A DNA stretch of 64,000 nt from Akkermansiaceae bacterium. Its GTDB lineage: Bacteria > Verrucomicrobiota > Verrucomicrobiia > Verrucomicrobiales > Akkermansiaceae. The stretch lies in assembly GCA_045106535.1 (NCBI GenBank), contig JBGCEU010000024.1, positions 1,438-65,437 on the forward strand. Direction: 5' to 3'. Below the pieces are notes generated by a model, which saw only the letters and a program-made list of their open reading frames with translations, did not search any database and was not told where the DNA came from. The stretch's first letter is position 1, and the number at the start of each line of letters is the position of its first letter. A program made the translations under genes and the position numbers. This document shows, one piece after another, positions 44,183-54,198 of this stretch.

Positions 44183-45577
44183 ATGTCAGAAATCACTTAC
44201 CTCCCCGGCAAAGAGCCAGACGCGCGCGAGCACCGTCTTATTTTCAAGAATATTGATCGCAAGGGCTGGGATCCTTCAATCGACTGCTATCTCAACGACG
44301 GCGGATACGATCAGCTGAAAAAGGCGATCAAGATGGAGCCGGGCGACATCACCAATGAGGTCAAGGCATCCGGACTGCGCGGTCGTGGTGGAGCAGGATT
44401 CCCGACAGGTGTAAAGTGGGGCTTCATCCCGCCTAACAACACCAAACCCGTTTACCTTATCTGCAACTGCGATGAGTCCGAGCCTGGCACGTTCAAGGAC
44501 CGATACATCGTGCACCAAGACCCACACCAGCTCATCGAGGGCATGGTAATTTCAGCTTTTGCTGTCGGCGCTCATATCGCTTATATTTACATGCGCGAAG
44601 AATTCCCCGAGGCCGCCATCCTTATGGAAAAGGCGATCGAGGAAGCACGTGAGAAGAATTTCGTCGGATCTAACATCCTTGGCACTGGCTTCGATCTTGA
44701 AATTTACGTCCACCGTGGAGCTGCTGCCTACATTTGCGGTGAGGAAACTGGTTTAATCGAATCCCTCGAGGGCAAACGCCCTTACCCCCGAATCAAACCA
44801 CCTTATTTCCCCGCCGCTCTCGGACTCTACATGGCGCCCACGATCGTCAACAATGTCGAGTCACTATGCCACGTCAAACACATCATCGAGATGGGCGGCG
44901 AGGAGTATGCCAAGCTCGGCACACCTCGAAATACTGGCACACGCATCCTCTGTGTATCAGGCGACGTTAAAAAACCTGGCTACTACGAAGTAGAGGTCGG
45001 AAAAATCACCATGGGCGAGCTGCTCAACGACGTTTGTGGTGGACCACTCGACGGTAGAACGTTCAAAGCCTGCATCCCCGGCGGATCATCCGCGAAAATC
45101 CTCCGCTGCGATGAGACGTTCAAAATAGGAAAAGGCGACGACGCCAAAGAACTTGGTTTTTACGACATCCCGATGGACTTCGATACCATGGCGGCCTGCG
45201 GCTCAATGGCTGGCTCCGGTGGTGTCATCGTCATGGACGATTCACGCAAGATGTCATGGGTGCTCAACAACATCAACCACTTCTACGCACACGAGTCCTG
45301 TGGCCAGTGCACGCCATGCCGAGAAGGCTCCATGTGGATGCGCAAGATTTCCGACCGTATCGTCGATGGCAAAGCCACACCCGAAGACATCCAGACCCTC
45401 GAAGACGTCGCCTATCAGATCGATGGCCGCACCGTCTGTGCCTTCGGTGAAGCCGCTTCATGGCCCGTCGAGGCAATGATTGCCAAATTCCGCGACGAAC
45501 TGACCGAAGAAACATCCGAGGACAACGAATACCTATCCGAGGAAGCAAAACGCCAGCTCAAGTACATCAGCAGCTAG
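44183..45577 (+). CDS. nuoF: NADH-quinone oxidoreductase subunit F
   Basis: SGLRGRGGAGFPTG, NCDESEPGTFKDR, YICGEETGL, ESCGQCTPCREG. Confidence 0.97.
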   Translation: MSEITYLPGKEPDAREHRLIFKNIDRKGWDPSIDCYLNDGGYDQLKKAIKMEPGDITNEVKASGLRGRGGAGFPTGVKWGFIPPNNTKPVYLICNCDESEPGTFKDRYIVHQDPHQLIEGMVISAFAVGAHIAYIYMREEFPEAAILMEKAIEEAREKNFVGSNILGTGFDLEIYVHRGAAAYICGEETGLIESLEGKRPYPRIKPPYFPAALGLYMAPTIVNNVESLCHVKHIIEMGGEEYAKLGTPRNTGTRILCVSGDVKKPGYYEVEVGKITMGELLNDVCGGPLDGRTFKACIPGGSSAKILRCDETFKIGKGDDAKELGFYDIPMDFDTMAACGSMAGSGGVIVMDDSRKMSWVLNNINHFYAHESCGQCTPCREGSMWMRKISDRIVDGKATPEDIQTLEDVAYQIDGRTVCAFGEAASWPVEAMIAKFRDELTEETSEDNEYLSEEAKRQLKYISS

Positions 45578-45585
45578 TTTCTCAG

Positions 45586-45615
45586 ACAGAATTAACAGAA
45601 TTTTTCAGAATTTAC
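45586..45615 (+). repeat. Left arm of a 30-bp perfect inverted repeat flanking the GxxExxY gene
   Basis: ACAGAATTAACAGAATTTTTCAGAATTTAC. Confidence 0.92.
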
Positions 45616-45620
45616 CAAGC

Positions 45621-46037
45621 ATGAGTAAGCCAGAAACGAAGTATGACCTGACAGGCCAAGTGATTGGCTGCGCGATGGTGGTGCACCGTAAACTCAGCCA
45701 TGGTTTTAATGAGAATGTTTATAAAAACTCGCTCGCTATCGAACTCCGGAAAAAAGGGTTCGGGTGTGTGGTGGAGAAAAAAATCAAAGTATTCTACAAA
45801 GGATTCGTGGTCGGTGATTTCTCAGCTGATATCGTTGTCAACGATGTCCTCATTATCGAACTCAAGGCTGTCACCAACCTGCTCCCTGCTCATGAAGCCC
45901 AGCTCGTGAATTACCTCACAGCCACCGACTCAGAAGAGGGATTACTCCTCAACTTCGGTGCCCCAAGCCTCCAATACAAAAAGAAATTTAAAGACTTCAA
46001 ACCCAAATCAACAGAACCGCCAATACTTCAGAGCTAA
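45621..46037 (+). CDS. GxxExxY protein (PD-(D/E)xK-like)
   Basis: HGFNENVY (GxxExxY), ADIVVNDVLIIELKAV, AQLVNYLTAT..EEGLLLNFG. Confidence 0.93.
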   Translation: MSKPETKYDLTGQVIGCAMVVHRKLSHGFNENVYKNSLAIELRKKGFGCVVEKKIKVFYKGFVVGDFSADIVVNDVLIIELKAVTNLLPAHEAQLVNYLTATDSEEGLLLNFGAPSLQYKKKFKDFKPKSTEPPILQS

Positions 46038-46051
46038 CAATAGCAACCCAA

Positions 46052-46081
46052 GTAAATTCTGAAAAATTCTGTTAATTCTGT
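46052..46081 (-). repeat. Right arm of the 30-bp inverted repeat
   Basis: GTAAATTCTGAAAAATTCTGTTAATTCTGT is the exact reverse complement of 45586-45615. Confidence 0.92.
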
Positions 46082-46097
46082 ATAAAAAACGCTTCCC

Positions 46098-47837
46098 ATG
46101 TCCGATTCTGAAACCAAACAACTCCCAAGAGACCTCGCCGCTGAAAAGGGCATGGTCAATGTGCAGATCGATGGCCACTGGATTCAGGTGCCGCGTGGCA
46201 CAAGGATGATCGAGGCTTGCAAGATTGCCGAAAAGGAAGTCCCCCACTACTGCTATCACCCGAAGCTTTCCTCTCCAGGAAACTGCCGGATGTGCCTGGT
46301 GCAGATGGGTATGCCACCTCGTCCAGCTCCGGGGGAAGACCCGAAGTATGGTGACGATGGTTTTCAGGAAATTGGCTGGATGCCCCGCCCCGTCATCGCT
46401 TGCGCAAACACCGTCGGTGAAAACATGGGAATTCGCACCTCCGGTGAGCTTGTCGAAAAATGCCGCGAAGGCGTGATGGAGTTTCTGCTCATCAACCACC
46501 CGCTCGACTGCCCGATCTGCGACCAAGCTGGCGAGTGCCGACTTCAGGAGTTCTCCGTCGAGCACGGCAAAGGCAAATCAAGATTTAAAGAAGACAAGAT
46601 CAAGAAGCCGAAGAATGTCAAAATCGGACCACGTATTCGGTTAGACGACGAGCGCTGCATCATGTGCTCGCGCTGCATCCGCTTTATGGACGAAGTGGCG
46701 GACGATGCCGTGTTAGGATTCTCCGAGCGTGGCACGCACACATCCGTCGGCATCTTCCCCGGCAAAGAACTTACGAACAACTACGGACTCAACACCGTGG
46801 ATCTCTGCCCGGTCGGAGCTCTTACCTCGAATGATTTCCGTTTCCAGATGCGCACGTGGTTCCTCAAGGAAACCGACAGCATCGACACTAACTGCGGCAC
46901 GGGTGCGAACATCACCATCTGGACACGCGGCAACAAAGTATTCCGAATCACCCCGCGTCAGAACGATGAGGTCAACTCATGCTGGATGCCGGACTCACAC
47001 CGTTTGAATTACGTCTGCCCAACGGACGAGGATCGCCTAACAGCTTGCCTTATCAAAGCAGACGGCGTGCATGAAGAAACTTGCTGGGAGAATGCTCTCG
47101 AAGCTGCTGCTGATGCGCTCAAACAATTCGATGCCAGTGAGATTGCGGTAATCGGGTCAGGCCGCCAAACGAACGAGGAACTGTTCATGATGCGCGCCCT
47201 TGCTGCTGAAATCGGCACCGACAAAATTAGTATCGTATCGCGTGTAGAAGATTCAGATGACATGCTCATTTCATCCGACCGTAATCCTAACACCAACGGA
47301 GCGAAACTCGTATTAGGGTTCGATGATCCTACAGGGAATCTCGAATCCATACGCTCAGGCAATATCAAAGCTATCGTTGTTGCAAATGAAGATCTTACCG
47401 AAGCTGCTGGCTTCACCCAGGAAGACTTGGATGCTCTTGAGCTAACCATTTCGCTCAACAGCAGCGCCAACGCCACCGCCCAGGCAAGCGATATCGTATT
47501 TCCTACCGCCTCCCCCGCCGAAAAGCGTGGCAGCATGATCAACGTGAGTGGCCGACTGCAAAAGCTCAACGCCGCCTGCATTCCTCCGGGTGATGCGCGT
47601 GTCGACTGGGAAGCCATCCGCGATCTCATCCTAGCAATCTCCGGTGAAACCGCCAACGAAGCGCCTCAAAGTATCGACCAGCTCTCCGGTATCATCGCCG
47701 AAAGTGTTGATGAGCTAAAAAGCCACACGCTCGCTAAGATTCCCGCCAATGGCATCAGCGTCATCGATACAGGGGTCTCGATCCCTCTGATTGAGCGTGA
47801 AAACCAGCGCAAAGCCAACGGCGAAATCGTCGGCTAA
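46098..47837 (+). CDS. nuoG: NADH-quinone oxidoreductase subunit G (short form)
   Basis: HYCYHPKLSSPGNCRMC, INHPLDCPICDQAGECRLQ, ERCIMCSRCIRF, DLCPVGAL. Confidence 0.96.
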   Translation: MSDSETKQLPRDLAAEKGMVNVQIDGHWIQVPRGTRMIEACKIAEKEVPHYCYHPKLSSPGNCRMCLVQMGMPPRPAPGEDPKYGDDGFQEIGWMPRPVIACANTVGENMGIRTSGELVEKCREGVMEFLLINHPLDCPICDQAGECRLQEFSVEHGKGKSRFKEDKIKKPKNVKIGPRIRLDDERCIMCSRCIRFMDEVADDAVLGFSERGTHTSVGIFPGKELTNNYGLNTVDLCPVGALTSNDFRFQMRTWFLKETDSIDTNCGTGANITIWTRGNKVFRITPRQNDEVNSCWMPDSHRLNYVCPTDEDRLTACLIKADGVHEETCWENALEAAADALKQFDASEIAVIGSGRQTNEELFMMRALAAEIGTDKISIVSRVEDSDDMLISSDRNPNTNGAKLVLGFDDPTGNLESIRSGNIKAIVVANEDLTEAAGFTQEDLDALELTISLNSSANATAQASDIVFPTASPAEKRGSMINVSGRLQKLNAACIPPGDARVDWEAIRDLILAISGETANEAPQSIDQLSGIIAESVDELKSHTLAKIPANGISVIDTGVSIPLIERENQRKANGEIVG

Positions 47838-47884
47838 CACCTCCTTTCCCTCATTTTTCATTCCTTCAATTATTCATTCAGATA

Positions 47885-49009
47885 ATGGATCCATTTCTCA
47901 TCCTCGTCCTCAGCACTGCGGTAAAGATCTTTATCTTTACCTTCGTGTTGACGCTCCCGATCATTGCCTACTCGACCTATGCCGAGCGCCGCGTGTCATC
48001 GATCATTCAGGATCGCGTGGGTCCTAACAGGGTGGGCATTCCGATGACGCTTTTTGGGTTCAAAAAAGACATTCCAATCTCCGGTCTACTCCAGCCGCTA
48101 GCTGATGGTCTAAAAAATCTACTTAAAGAGGATCTAGTGCCCGACCACGTGAGGAAGTTTTTCTTCACTATCGCTCCCGCACTCACTGCTGTTCCAGCTT
48201 TCCTAACTCTATGCGTGATTCCCTTCGGAAGTGAGATCACCATCTTCGGTGAGAGCATAAAGTTAGTCATCGCGGACATCGATGCCGGGCCACTCTTCGT
48301 ATTCGCCATAGCCTCTCTCTCAGTTTACGGTATCACTTTTGCGGGTTGGGCATCGAACAACAAATACTCATTCCTAGGTGGCGTGCGCTCATGCGCCCAA
48401 ATGATTTCCTACGAAATTGCTTTGGGACTATCCGTTATCCCTGTGCTGATGGTCTTTGGTCAGCTGAATCTCTCCGACATCGTCCAGTATCAAGCGGACA
48501 ACGGCTGGCTGCTCTTACCACTCTGGGGCGAGGGCCTGACTACAGAGAGAATGCTGCTGCTCATTCCGCTCTTCATTTCCTTCGTGGTATTTACCACTTC
48601 GATCTTCGCAGAAACAAACCGGATGCCATTTGACCTTCCTGAGTGTGAAACGGAGCTCGTTGGTGGTTATCACACCGAGTATTCCTCGATGAAATTCGCC
48701 CTCTTCTTCCTCGGGGAATATGCCGCCATGATCGTTGGGTCGGCCCTGATCGTCACCCTCTTCTTCGGTGGTTGGTCAATAGGATTTGGTGCTGATGCCG
48801 CCGTTTCAGAAATGGCATTTGGCGGACTGATTCATCTCGGCGTATTTCTCGCCAAAGTCATCGCATTCGTTATCTTCTTCATCTGGGTGCGCTGGACTGT
48901 CCCCCGCTTCCGTTACGACCAGCTCATGAAACTCGGATGGGTCGTCTTTTTCGAACTCGCTCTCGTCAACATCTTCCTCACCGCCGGCATCATGATGCTG
49001 GTTAAGTAA
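47885..49009 (+). CDS. nuoH: NADH-quinone oxidoreductase subunit H
   Basis: ERRV...QDRVGPNRVG, LQPLADGLK, AQMISYE, ETNRMPFDLPECETELVGGYHTEYSS, PRFRYDQLM. Confidence 0.97.
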   Translation: MDPFLILVLSTAVKIFIFTFVLTLPIIAYSTYAERRVSSIIQDRVGPNRVGIPMTLFGFKKDIPISGLLQPLADGLKNLLKEDLVPDHVRKFFFTIAPALTAVPAFLTLCVIPFGSEITIFGESIKLVIADIDAGPLFVFAIASLSVYGITFAGWASNNKYSFLGGVRSCAQMISYEIALGLSVIPVLMVFGQLNLSDIVQYQADNGWLLLPLWGEGLTTERMLLLIPLFISFVVFTTSIFAETNRMPFDLPECETELVGGYHTEYSSMKFALFFLGEYAAMIVGSALIVTLFFGGWSIGFGADAAVSEMAFGGLIHLGVFLAKVIAFVIFFIWVRWTVPRFRYDQLMKLGWVVFFELALVNIFLTAGIMMLVK

Positions 49010-49030
49010 CCTTTTATTGACACCCAACAC

Positions 49031-49600
49031 ATGGCAACGATCAAAGTCACACGCCCAAAGCTCACACTGCTGGAGAAACTCTATCTTCCGGCCGTCATCA
49101 AGGGGCTGTTCATCACATTCAAGCATGCGATTCGATCCATGCTTGGAATGACACCCGGCGCGAAGGAAAACTTCAACTCCTCAGGCTTGGGTATCACCAT
49201 GCAGTATCCCGAGCAAAAGTGGGACGACCAGCTTCCAGAATACTACCGTGGAGTGCCTGCTCTGGTGACTGACGAACAGGAGCGTGAACGCTGTGTTTCC
49301 TGCCAGCTCTGCGAATTTATCTGTCCACCGAAAGCCATCGCCATCATCCCCGGCGAGATCGAGTCTGACGACCCGTGGGCAAAAGTCGAAAAGCGCCCTA
49401 AGGAGTTCGATATCGACATGACCCGCTGCATCTACTGCGGCATGTGCGAGGAAGTTTGCCCTGAACAAGCCATCTATCTCCGACAAGATTATGCCATGAC
49501 CGGCCTGAGTCGTGAAGACATGGTCAACGACAAAAAACGCCTCTACGAAATCGGCGGCGTCCGCACCGGACTGGTCAATAAATGGAACGAAATCAAGTAA
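49031..49600 (+). CDS. nuoI: NADH-quinone oxidoreductase subunit I
   Basis: ITMQYPEQK; CVSCQLCEFICP and CIYCGMCEEVCP. Confidence 0.96.
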   Translation: MATIKVTRPKLTLLEKLYLPAVIKGLFITFKHAIRSMLGMTPGAKENFNSSGLGITMQYPEQKWDDQLPEYYRGVPALVTDEQERERCVSCQLCEFICPPKAIAIIPGEIESDDPWAKVEKRPKEFDIDMTRCIYCGMCEEVCPEQAIYLRQDYAMTGLSREDMVNDKKRLYEIGGVRTGLVNKWNEIK

Positions 49601-49619
49601 CTCTGCCAATCTCGCAATA

Positions 49620-50519
49620 ATGCCCTCACCACTTTTCTATATCTTCGCGGCGATCATGCTGATCGGCGGCACGATGGTTGTATTCATGCGCAACCCGGTT
49701 TCATCGGCGCTATCCATGGTGCTCAGTTTCCTGGGGTTAGCAGCTCTATTTGTTGGGCTAAATGCCTACCTCGTTGGAATCCTTCAGATCCTTGTCTATG
49801 CGGGTGCCATCATGGTTCTGTTTATCTTTATCATCATGCTGTTGGATATTCAGAAGGAGGAAAAAACTAATTTCCGTCCGGCCGCCGTGGCTGCTGGTGT
49901 GGTGATCCCCATGCTTCTGGTGATCCAACTTGCTGGCGTGATCAATAAACAGCCCGATTCTCCCGAGGCACCCAAACTTGAGCTCAAAAAGGCTGCCTCC
50001 AATTTTGACGAAAGCACGATGATTCACAAGCGCCTCAGCGACGAGCGTCTTCCCGACACCCACCTGATAGGCAACAAACTCTACACCGACTACAATTTCC
50101 CGATTCAAATGGTCGCTGTTCTGCTACTCGTAGCCACGATTGGTTGTGTAACGCTTTCCAAGAAAAACGTAGCGGTGGTCTCTAGCCGCCCTGCCCCTTC
50201 TCCAGATCCATCCCCCGAGCCGGAAAAGAAACCTGCTGAAGAGCCAAAGGAGGAAACTACCACCACTACCGACGAAAAACGTGGTCTGATTTACACATCG
50301 GCTCCCGAACAAACTGACGACCTCAAGGTCATTTCCGGAGTCGGCCCTGTGCTTGAAAAGAAACTGAATGATTTCGGCATCTACACCTACAAGCAGGTCG
50401 CCGACTGGAGTGAGCAGAACATTGCCGAATTTGACGAACTCCTTTCCTTTAAAGGCAGAATCACGCGTGAAGACTGGCTCACTCAAGCCGCCGAACTTGA
50501 TGCTAAGAAAAACGCCTAA
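49620..50519 (+). CDS. nuoJ: NADH-quinone oxidoreductase subunit J with C-terminal helix-hairpin-helix-like extension
   Basis: [28 protein letters not shown], then a P/E linker and [31 protein letters not shown]; ATG at 49620. Confidence 0.92.
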   Translation: MPSPLFYIFAAIMLIGGTMVVFMRNPVSSALSMVLSFLGLAALFVGLNAYLVGILQILVYAGAIMVLFIFIIMLLDIQKEEKTNFRPAAVAAGVVIPMLLVIQLAGVINKQPDSPEAPKLELKKAASNFDESTMIHKRLSDERLPDTHLIGNKLYTDYNFPIQMVAVLLLVATIGCVTLSKKNVAVVSSRPAPSPDPSPEPEKKPAEEPKEETTTTTDEKRGLIYTSAPEQTDDLKVISGVGPVLEKKLNDFGIYTYKQVADWSEQNIAEFDELLSFKGRITREDWLTQAAELDAKKNA

Positions 50520-50539
50520 CACCCCCCCTTTTTCTAACC

Positions 50540-50878
50540 ATGCCATTTGACGCACTTCCAACACCTTCTCTGAACGAGTATCTGATGATTTCAGGACTGC
50601 TCTTTGCCATCGGCTTGGCAGGAGTAATCATCCGCAAGAACATCATCGTCATCTTCATGTGCTTGGAGATGATGCTCGCTGCCGCTTCTCTCACGCTCGT
50701 GGCATTTTCCCGATTTAACGTGAAGGATGGTCTGCCCGACTACGATGGCCAACTGCTTGTCTTCTTCGTGATCACCGTGGCTGCCGCTGAGGTAGCTGTT
50801 GGCTTGGCGATCATCGTATCGCTCTACAGGGCTCGACAGACGATCCACACCGACGAACTCACCACGCTGAAAGGCTGA
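50540..50878 (+). CDS. nuoK: NADH-quinone oxidoreductase subunit K
   Basis: [27 protein letters not shown]. Confidence 0.96.
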   Translation: MPFDALPTPSLNEYLMISGLLFAIGLAGVIIRKNIIVIFMCLEMMLAAASLTLVAFSRFNVKDGLPDYDGQLLVFFVITVAAAEVAVGLAIIVSLYRARQTIHTDELTTLKG

Positions 50879-50908
50879 TTTCCATACGACTTTTTAGACC
50901 TATCTAAC

Positions 50909-52726
50909 ATGAATCCCTGGTTACTACTTCTCATACCCTTCGCTAGCGCGGCTGTGATCCACCTCGGATTGAAGCGCAATGCTCAGGCGTCATCATTACT
51001 CTCAACGATATCCGTTGCGATAACCGCCATCATTGCATTCTCGCTGTTAGGCTCCACAGGCGCTGACGCTTTCACATGGATTCAAGCTGGAAACTTCAAA
51101 CTGGAAATCGGCTATCAGCTCGACAAGCTTGCCACAGGTATGATGATCGTGGTGACTGGCATCGGTTTGCTGGTGCATGTTTTCTCGCTCGGCTACATGA
51201 AAGACGACGAAGCGAAGGCGCGCTACTTCGGCTGTCTGTCGCTATTCATGTTTTCAATGACAGGCATCGTGCTGGCATCGAACTTTGCGATGATGTTCAT
51301 CTTCTGGGAGCTAGTTGGTCTTTCGTCCTACTTGCTCATCGGTCACTGGTATCAGAAAGACACTGCTGCCGACGCCGCCAAAAAAGCATTTCTCGTCAAC
51401 CGCATCGGCGATTTCGGCTTCATGATCGGCATCTTGATGCTCTGGGGGATTACCGGAACTGTAGTCTTTTCCGAAATGAGCGGAGCGGAGGGGCTAAACT
51501 CCATGGTAGGAACTACCGTTCTGGGCATTACGGCTCTCTGTATCTTTGCGGGTGCGGCAGGTAAATCAGCCCAACTTCCACTCCATGTCTGGCTGCCCGA
51601 TGCCATGGAGGGACCAACACCAGTTTCGGCTCTTATTCACGCAGCTACGATGGTTGCAGCGGGTGTCTACATGATGGCTCGCTTCTTTTTCTCCATCACA
51701 CCGGAAGGCATGGAAGTAAGTGATATACTCCCTGCCTTTTCCTACACAATAATCGCATGGATTGGAGGCATCACCTCACTCGTTGCAGCGCTGATGGCAA
51801 CCCAGCAGAACGACATCAAAAAAATCCTCGCCTACTCTACACTATCTCAGCTCGGCTACATGGTCATGGCGGTTGGTCTGTTGGAACCCGAGACCGGCAT
51901 GTTCCATTTATATACCCATGCATGGTTTAAAGCTCTGCTATTCTTGGGATCGGCCTGTATTATTTTTGCCTGCCACCATGAGCAAAATATTTGGAAAATG
52001 GGTGGCCTGCTCAAGAAAATGCCGCTCACTGCTGGCACATTTGCCGCTGGATATGCAGCCCTCATTGCAGTGCCCTACGTGACCGCCGGCTTTTACTCGA
52101 AAGAGGAAATTCTGACAGCAGCTCACGGTTCACCTCTTTTCTGGGTCGCAGCATTTGTCGCCTTCCTTACCACATTTTATATGACCCGACTCTTTATCGT
52201 CGTATTTCTTGGTAAATCACGTTCGGAAAATGCCGATCATGCCAAAGAGGTTGGGCCAATCATGTTTGTCCCGTTAATCGTTCTAGCCGCTCTCGCTATT
52301 ATTGCTGGATTCAAACCTGTCGCGGAACTTCTGAGTGCACAAGACCCGAGGGTTGAAGGCCGCGAACATCCGGCTATCGCATTGATTGTGTCGATTGCCT
52401 CTCTGGTTCTCGGACTCGCTGCAGGTTTCATCCTCTACAAAGGAAAAGACAAAGACCCTGTCAGCATTCCCCTATTCCGCGACAAGTTCTACCTCGACGA
52501 AATCTATCAGAAACTCGTCACCATCTTCCAGGATGCCGTGGCAGCGGTGCTGCATTTCTTTGATGAATTCATCATCGGCGGCTTGCTTGTCGGCGGTGCC
52601 ACTCGCTCCGCTCAAGGTGTCGGAAATATTTTTCGGCGCTTCGCCCAGACCGGCAGCTTAAGCAGCTATGCCTACCTCATGGGGCTGGGTGCTGTGCTCG
52701 TAATTTACTTCACCGTTTTCGCCTAA
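50909..52726 (+). CDS. nuoL: NADH-quinone oxidoreductase subunit L
   Basis: FWELVGLSSYLLIG, NRIGDFG, GKSAQLPLHVWLPDAMEGPTPVSALIHAATMV. Confidence 0.97.
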   Translation: MNPWLLLLIPFASAAVIHLGLKRNAQASSLLSTISVAITAIIAFSLLGSTGADAFTWIQAGNFKLEIGYQLDKLATGMMIVVTGIGLLVHVFSLGYMKDDEAKARYFGCLSLFMFSMTGIVLASNFAMMFIFWELVGLSSYLLIGHWYQKDTAADAAKKAFLVNRIGDFGFMIGILMLWGITGTVVFSEMSGAEGLNSMVGTTVLGITALCIFAGAAGKSAQLPLHVWLPDAMEGPTPVSALIHAATMVAAGVYMMARFFFSITPEGMEVSDILPAFSYTIIAWIGGITSLVAALMATQQNDIKKILAYSTLSQLGYMVMAVGLLEPETGMFHLYTHAWFKALLFLGSACIIFACHHEQNIWKMGGLLKKMPLTAGTFAAGYAALIAVPYVTAGFYSKEEILTAAHGSPLFWVAAFVAFLTTFYMTRLFIVVFLGKSRSENADHAKEVGPIMFVPLIVLAALAIIAGFKPVAELLSAQDPRVEGREHPAIALIVSIASLVLGLAAGFILYKGKDKDPVSIPLFRDKFYLDEIYQKLVTIFQDAVAAVLHFFDEFIIGGLLVGGATRSAQGVGNIFRRFAQTGSLSSYAYLMGLGAVLVIYFTVFA

Positions 52727-52746
52727 ATTCTCTCACCTGACAAACC

Positions 52747-54165
52747 ATGTTACTCGCTCTGATACTCATCCCCCTGCTGGCAGCGGTCGCTATTTTCTTT
52801 GGTGCGCCTGCGAGACTCACAGCACTCGGTGCTGCAGGGCTTAATATTGTCCTGACTGCCATTGCCTTAGCTACCGGAACTTGCAGCTGTGTTAACATTC
52901 CAGTTTTGGAAGATCCGGCAATTAGCTTATCACTTGGCCTCACCGGCATCAGCAGCGTGATGCTTATCCTCTCGGTCATCGTGACCCTTGCCGCCGTTTA
53001 CAGCGGCAAATGCCCCGAGGGTCGTGAAAAACTCTGGTTCGCAAGCACCATGCTGATCGCAGCAGGTGCCATCGGGGCCTTCTTAGCAACCGACGTCTTT
53101 TTCTTTTACGCCTTCCACGAATTAGCTCTGATCCCGACGTTTCTGATGATCGGTATGTTAGGACGAGGCGATCGCAAAGAGGCTGCATGGAAAATCACGA
53201 TCTACCTCGCACTCGGATCGATCGTATTGCTCGCCGGATTGATTCTCGCTATGAGCCAGATGCCTTCGTGGTCGTTTGCCGACCTCGCTGCCGCGCCCAA
53301 GTATCAGAATGAAATCGCGCTGCTGTTGATCATCGGATTCGGCACGCTGGTTTCCCTCTTTCCCTTTCACAGCTGGGCAGCACCCGCCTACGCGAGCGCC
53401 CCTGCTCCAGTCGCCATGCTCCACGCAGGTGTGCTGAAAAAATTCGGTCTATACGGCCTGTTAGTTGTCGGGATGAAAGTCGCTCCCGACGGCATGGCAC
53501 ACTGGCTGCCATGGATCTGTGTTCTACTTCTCGGAAATATTATTTGGGTGGGACTGGTCACGCTGAACCAGAAACGCATCGACCTGATGCTCGGCAACTC
53601 ATCCGTGATGCATATGGGCTACATCTTCCTAGCGATCGCCGCGCTTGCCGCGAACGGCAACAATGAGATCGCCGAACCCGCCGCCGTGCTACTGATGTTT
53701 GCTCACGGCATTTCCATCGCACTACTTTTCTCACTGACTTCCGTGATCGAGCGCAAAACGGGAACACTGGAAATCGCCCAGCTTGGTGGTCTTGCCAAAA
53801 CGGCTCCTGCCCTCGCCTTCCTTTTCGGACTCGCTGGCATGGCATCGATTGGCCTTCCCGGCCTTGCCAACTTTGCGGGTGAAGTCATGGTCTTTTTTGC
53901 CGGATTTGCCGATTGGAAAGATGCCAATGGTCAGCTCTGCCTAGGCTGGGTTCAGTGGACTACCATCATTGCACTTTGGGGTGTGGTCATTAGTGCCGTC
54001 TACATGCTGCGCGCATTCCGTAACACCTTCCAAGGGTCCCTAGTCAAATCTACTGAAGCAGCTTCCGATATTTCCATCTGCGGAAAAATCCCAGCCTACC
54101 TGCTCGCGGCAACTCTGCTAGTGGTGGGCGTTTACCCACAAATCATTCTGCAATTCCTCAAATAA
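52747..54165 (+). CDS. nuoM: NADH-quinone oxidoreductase subunit M
   Basis: FFYAFHELALIP, FPFHSWAAPAY, MLHAGVLKKFGLYG, GLPGLANFAGE. Confidence 0.95.
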   Translation: MLLALILIPLLAAVAIFFGAPARLTALGAAGLNIVLTAIALATGTCSCVNIPVLEDPAISLSLGLTGISSVMLILSVIVTLAAVYSGKCPEGREKLWFASTMLIAAGAIGAFLATDVFFFYAFHELALIPTFLMIGMLGRGDRKEAAWKITIYLALGSIVLLAGLILAMSQMPSWSFADLAAAPKYQNEIALLLIIGFGTLVSLFPFHSWAAPAYASAPAPVAMLHAGVLKKFGLYGLLVVGMKVAPDGMAHWLPWICVLLLGNIIWVGLVTLNQKRIDLMLGNSSVMHMGYIFLAIAALAANGNNEIAEPAAVLLMFAHGISIALLFSLTSVIERKTGTLEIAQLGGLAKTAPALAFLFGLAGMASIGLPGLANFAGEVMVFFAGFADWKDANGQLCLGWVQWTTIIALWGVVISAVYMLRAFRNTFQGSLVKSTEAASDISICGKIPAYLLAATLLVVGVYPQIILQFLK

Positions 54166-54198
54166 TCCTGAAACCCCCAGGAACCTATCTCTCTCATC

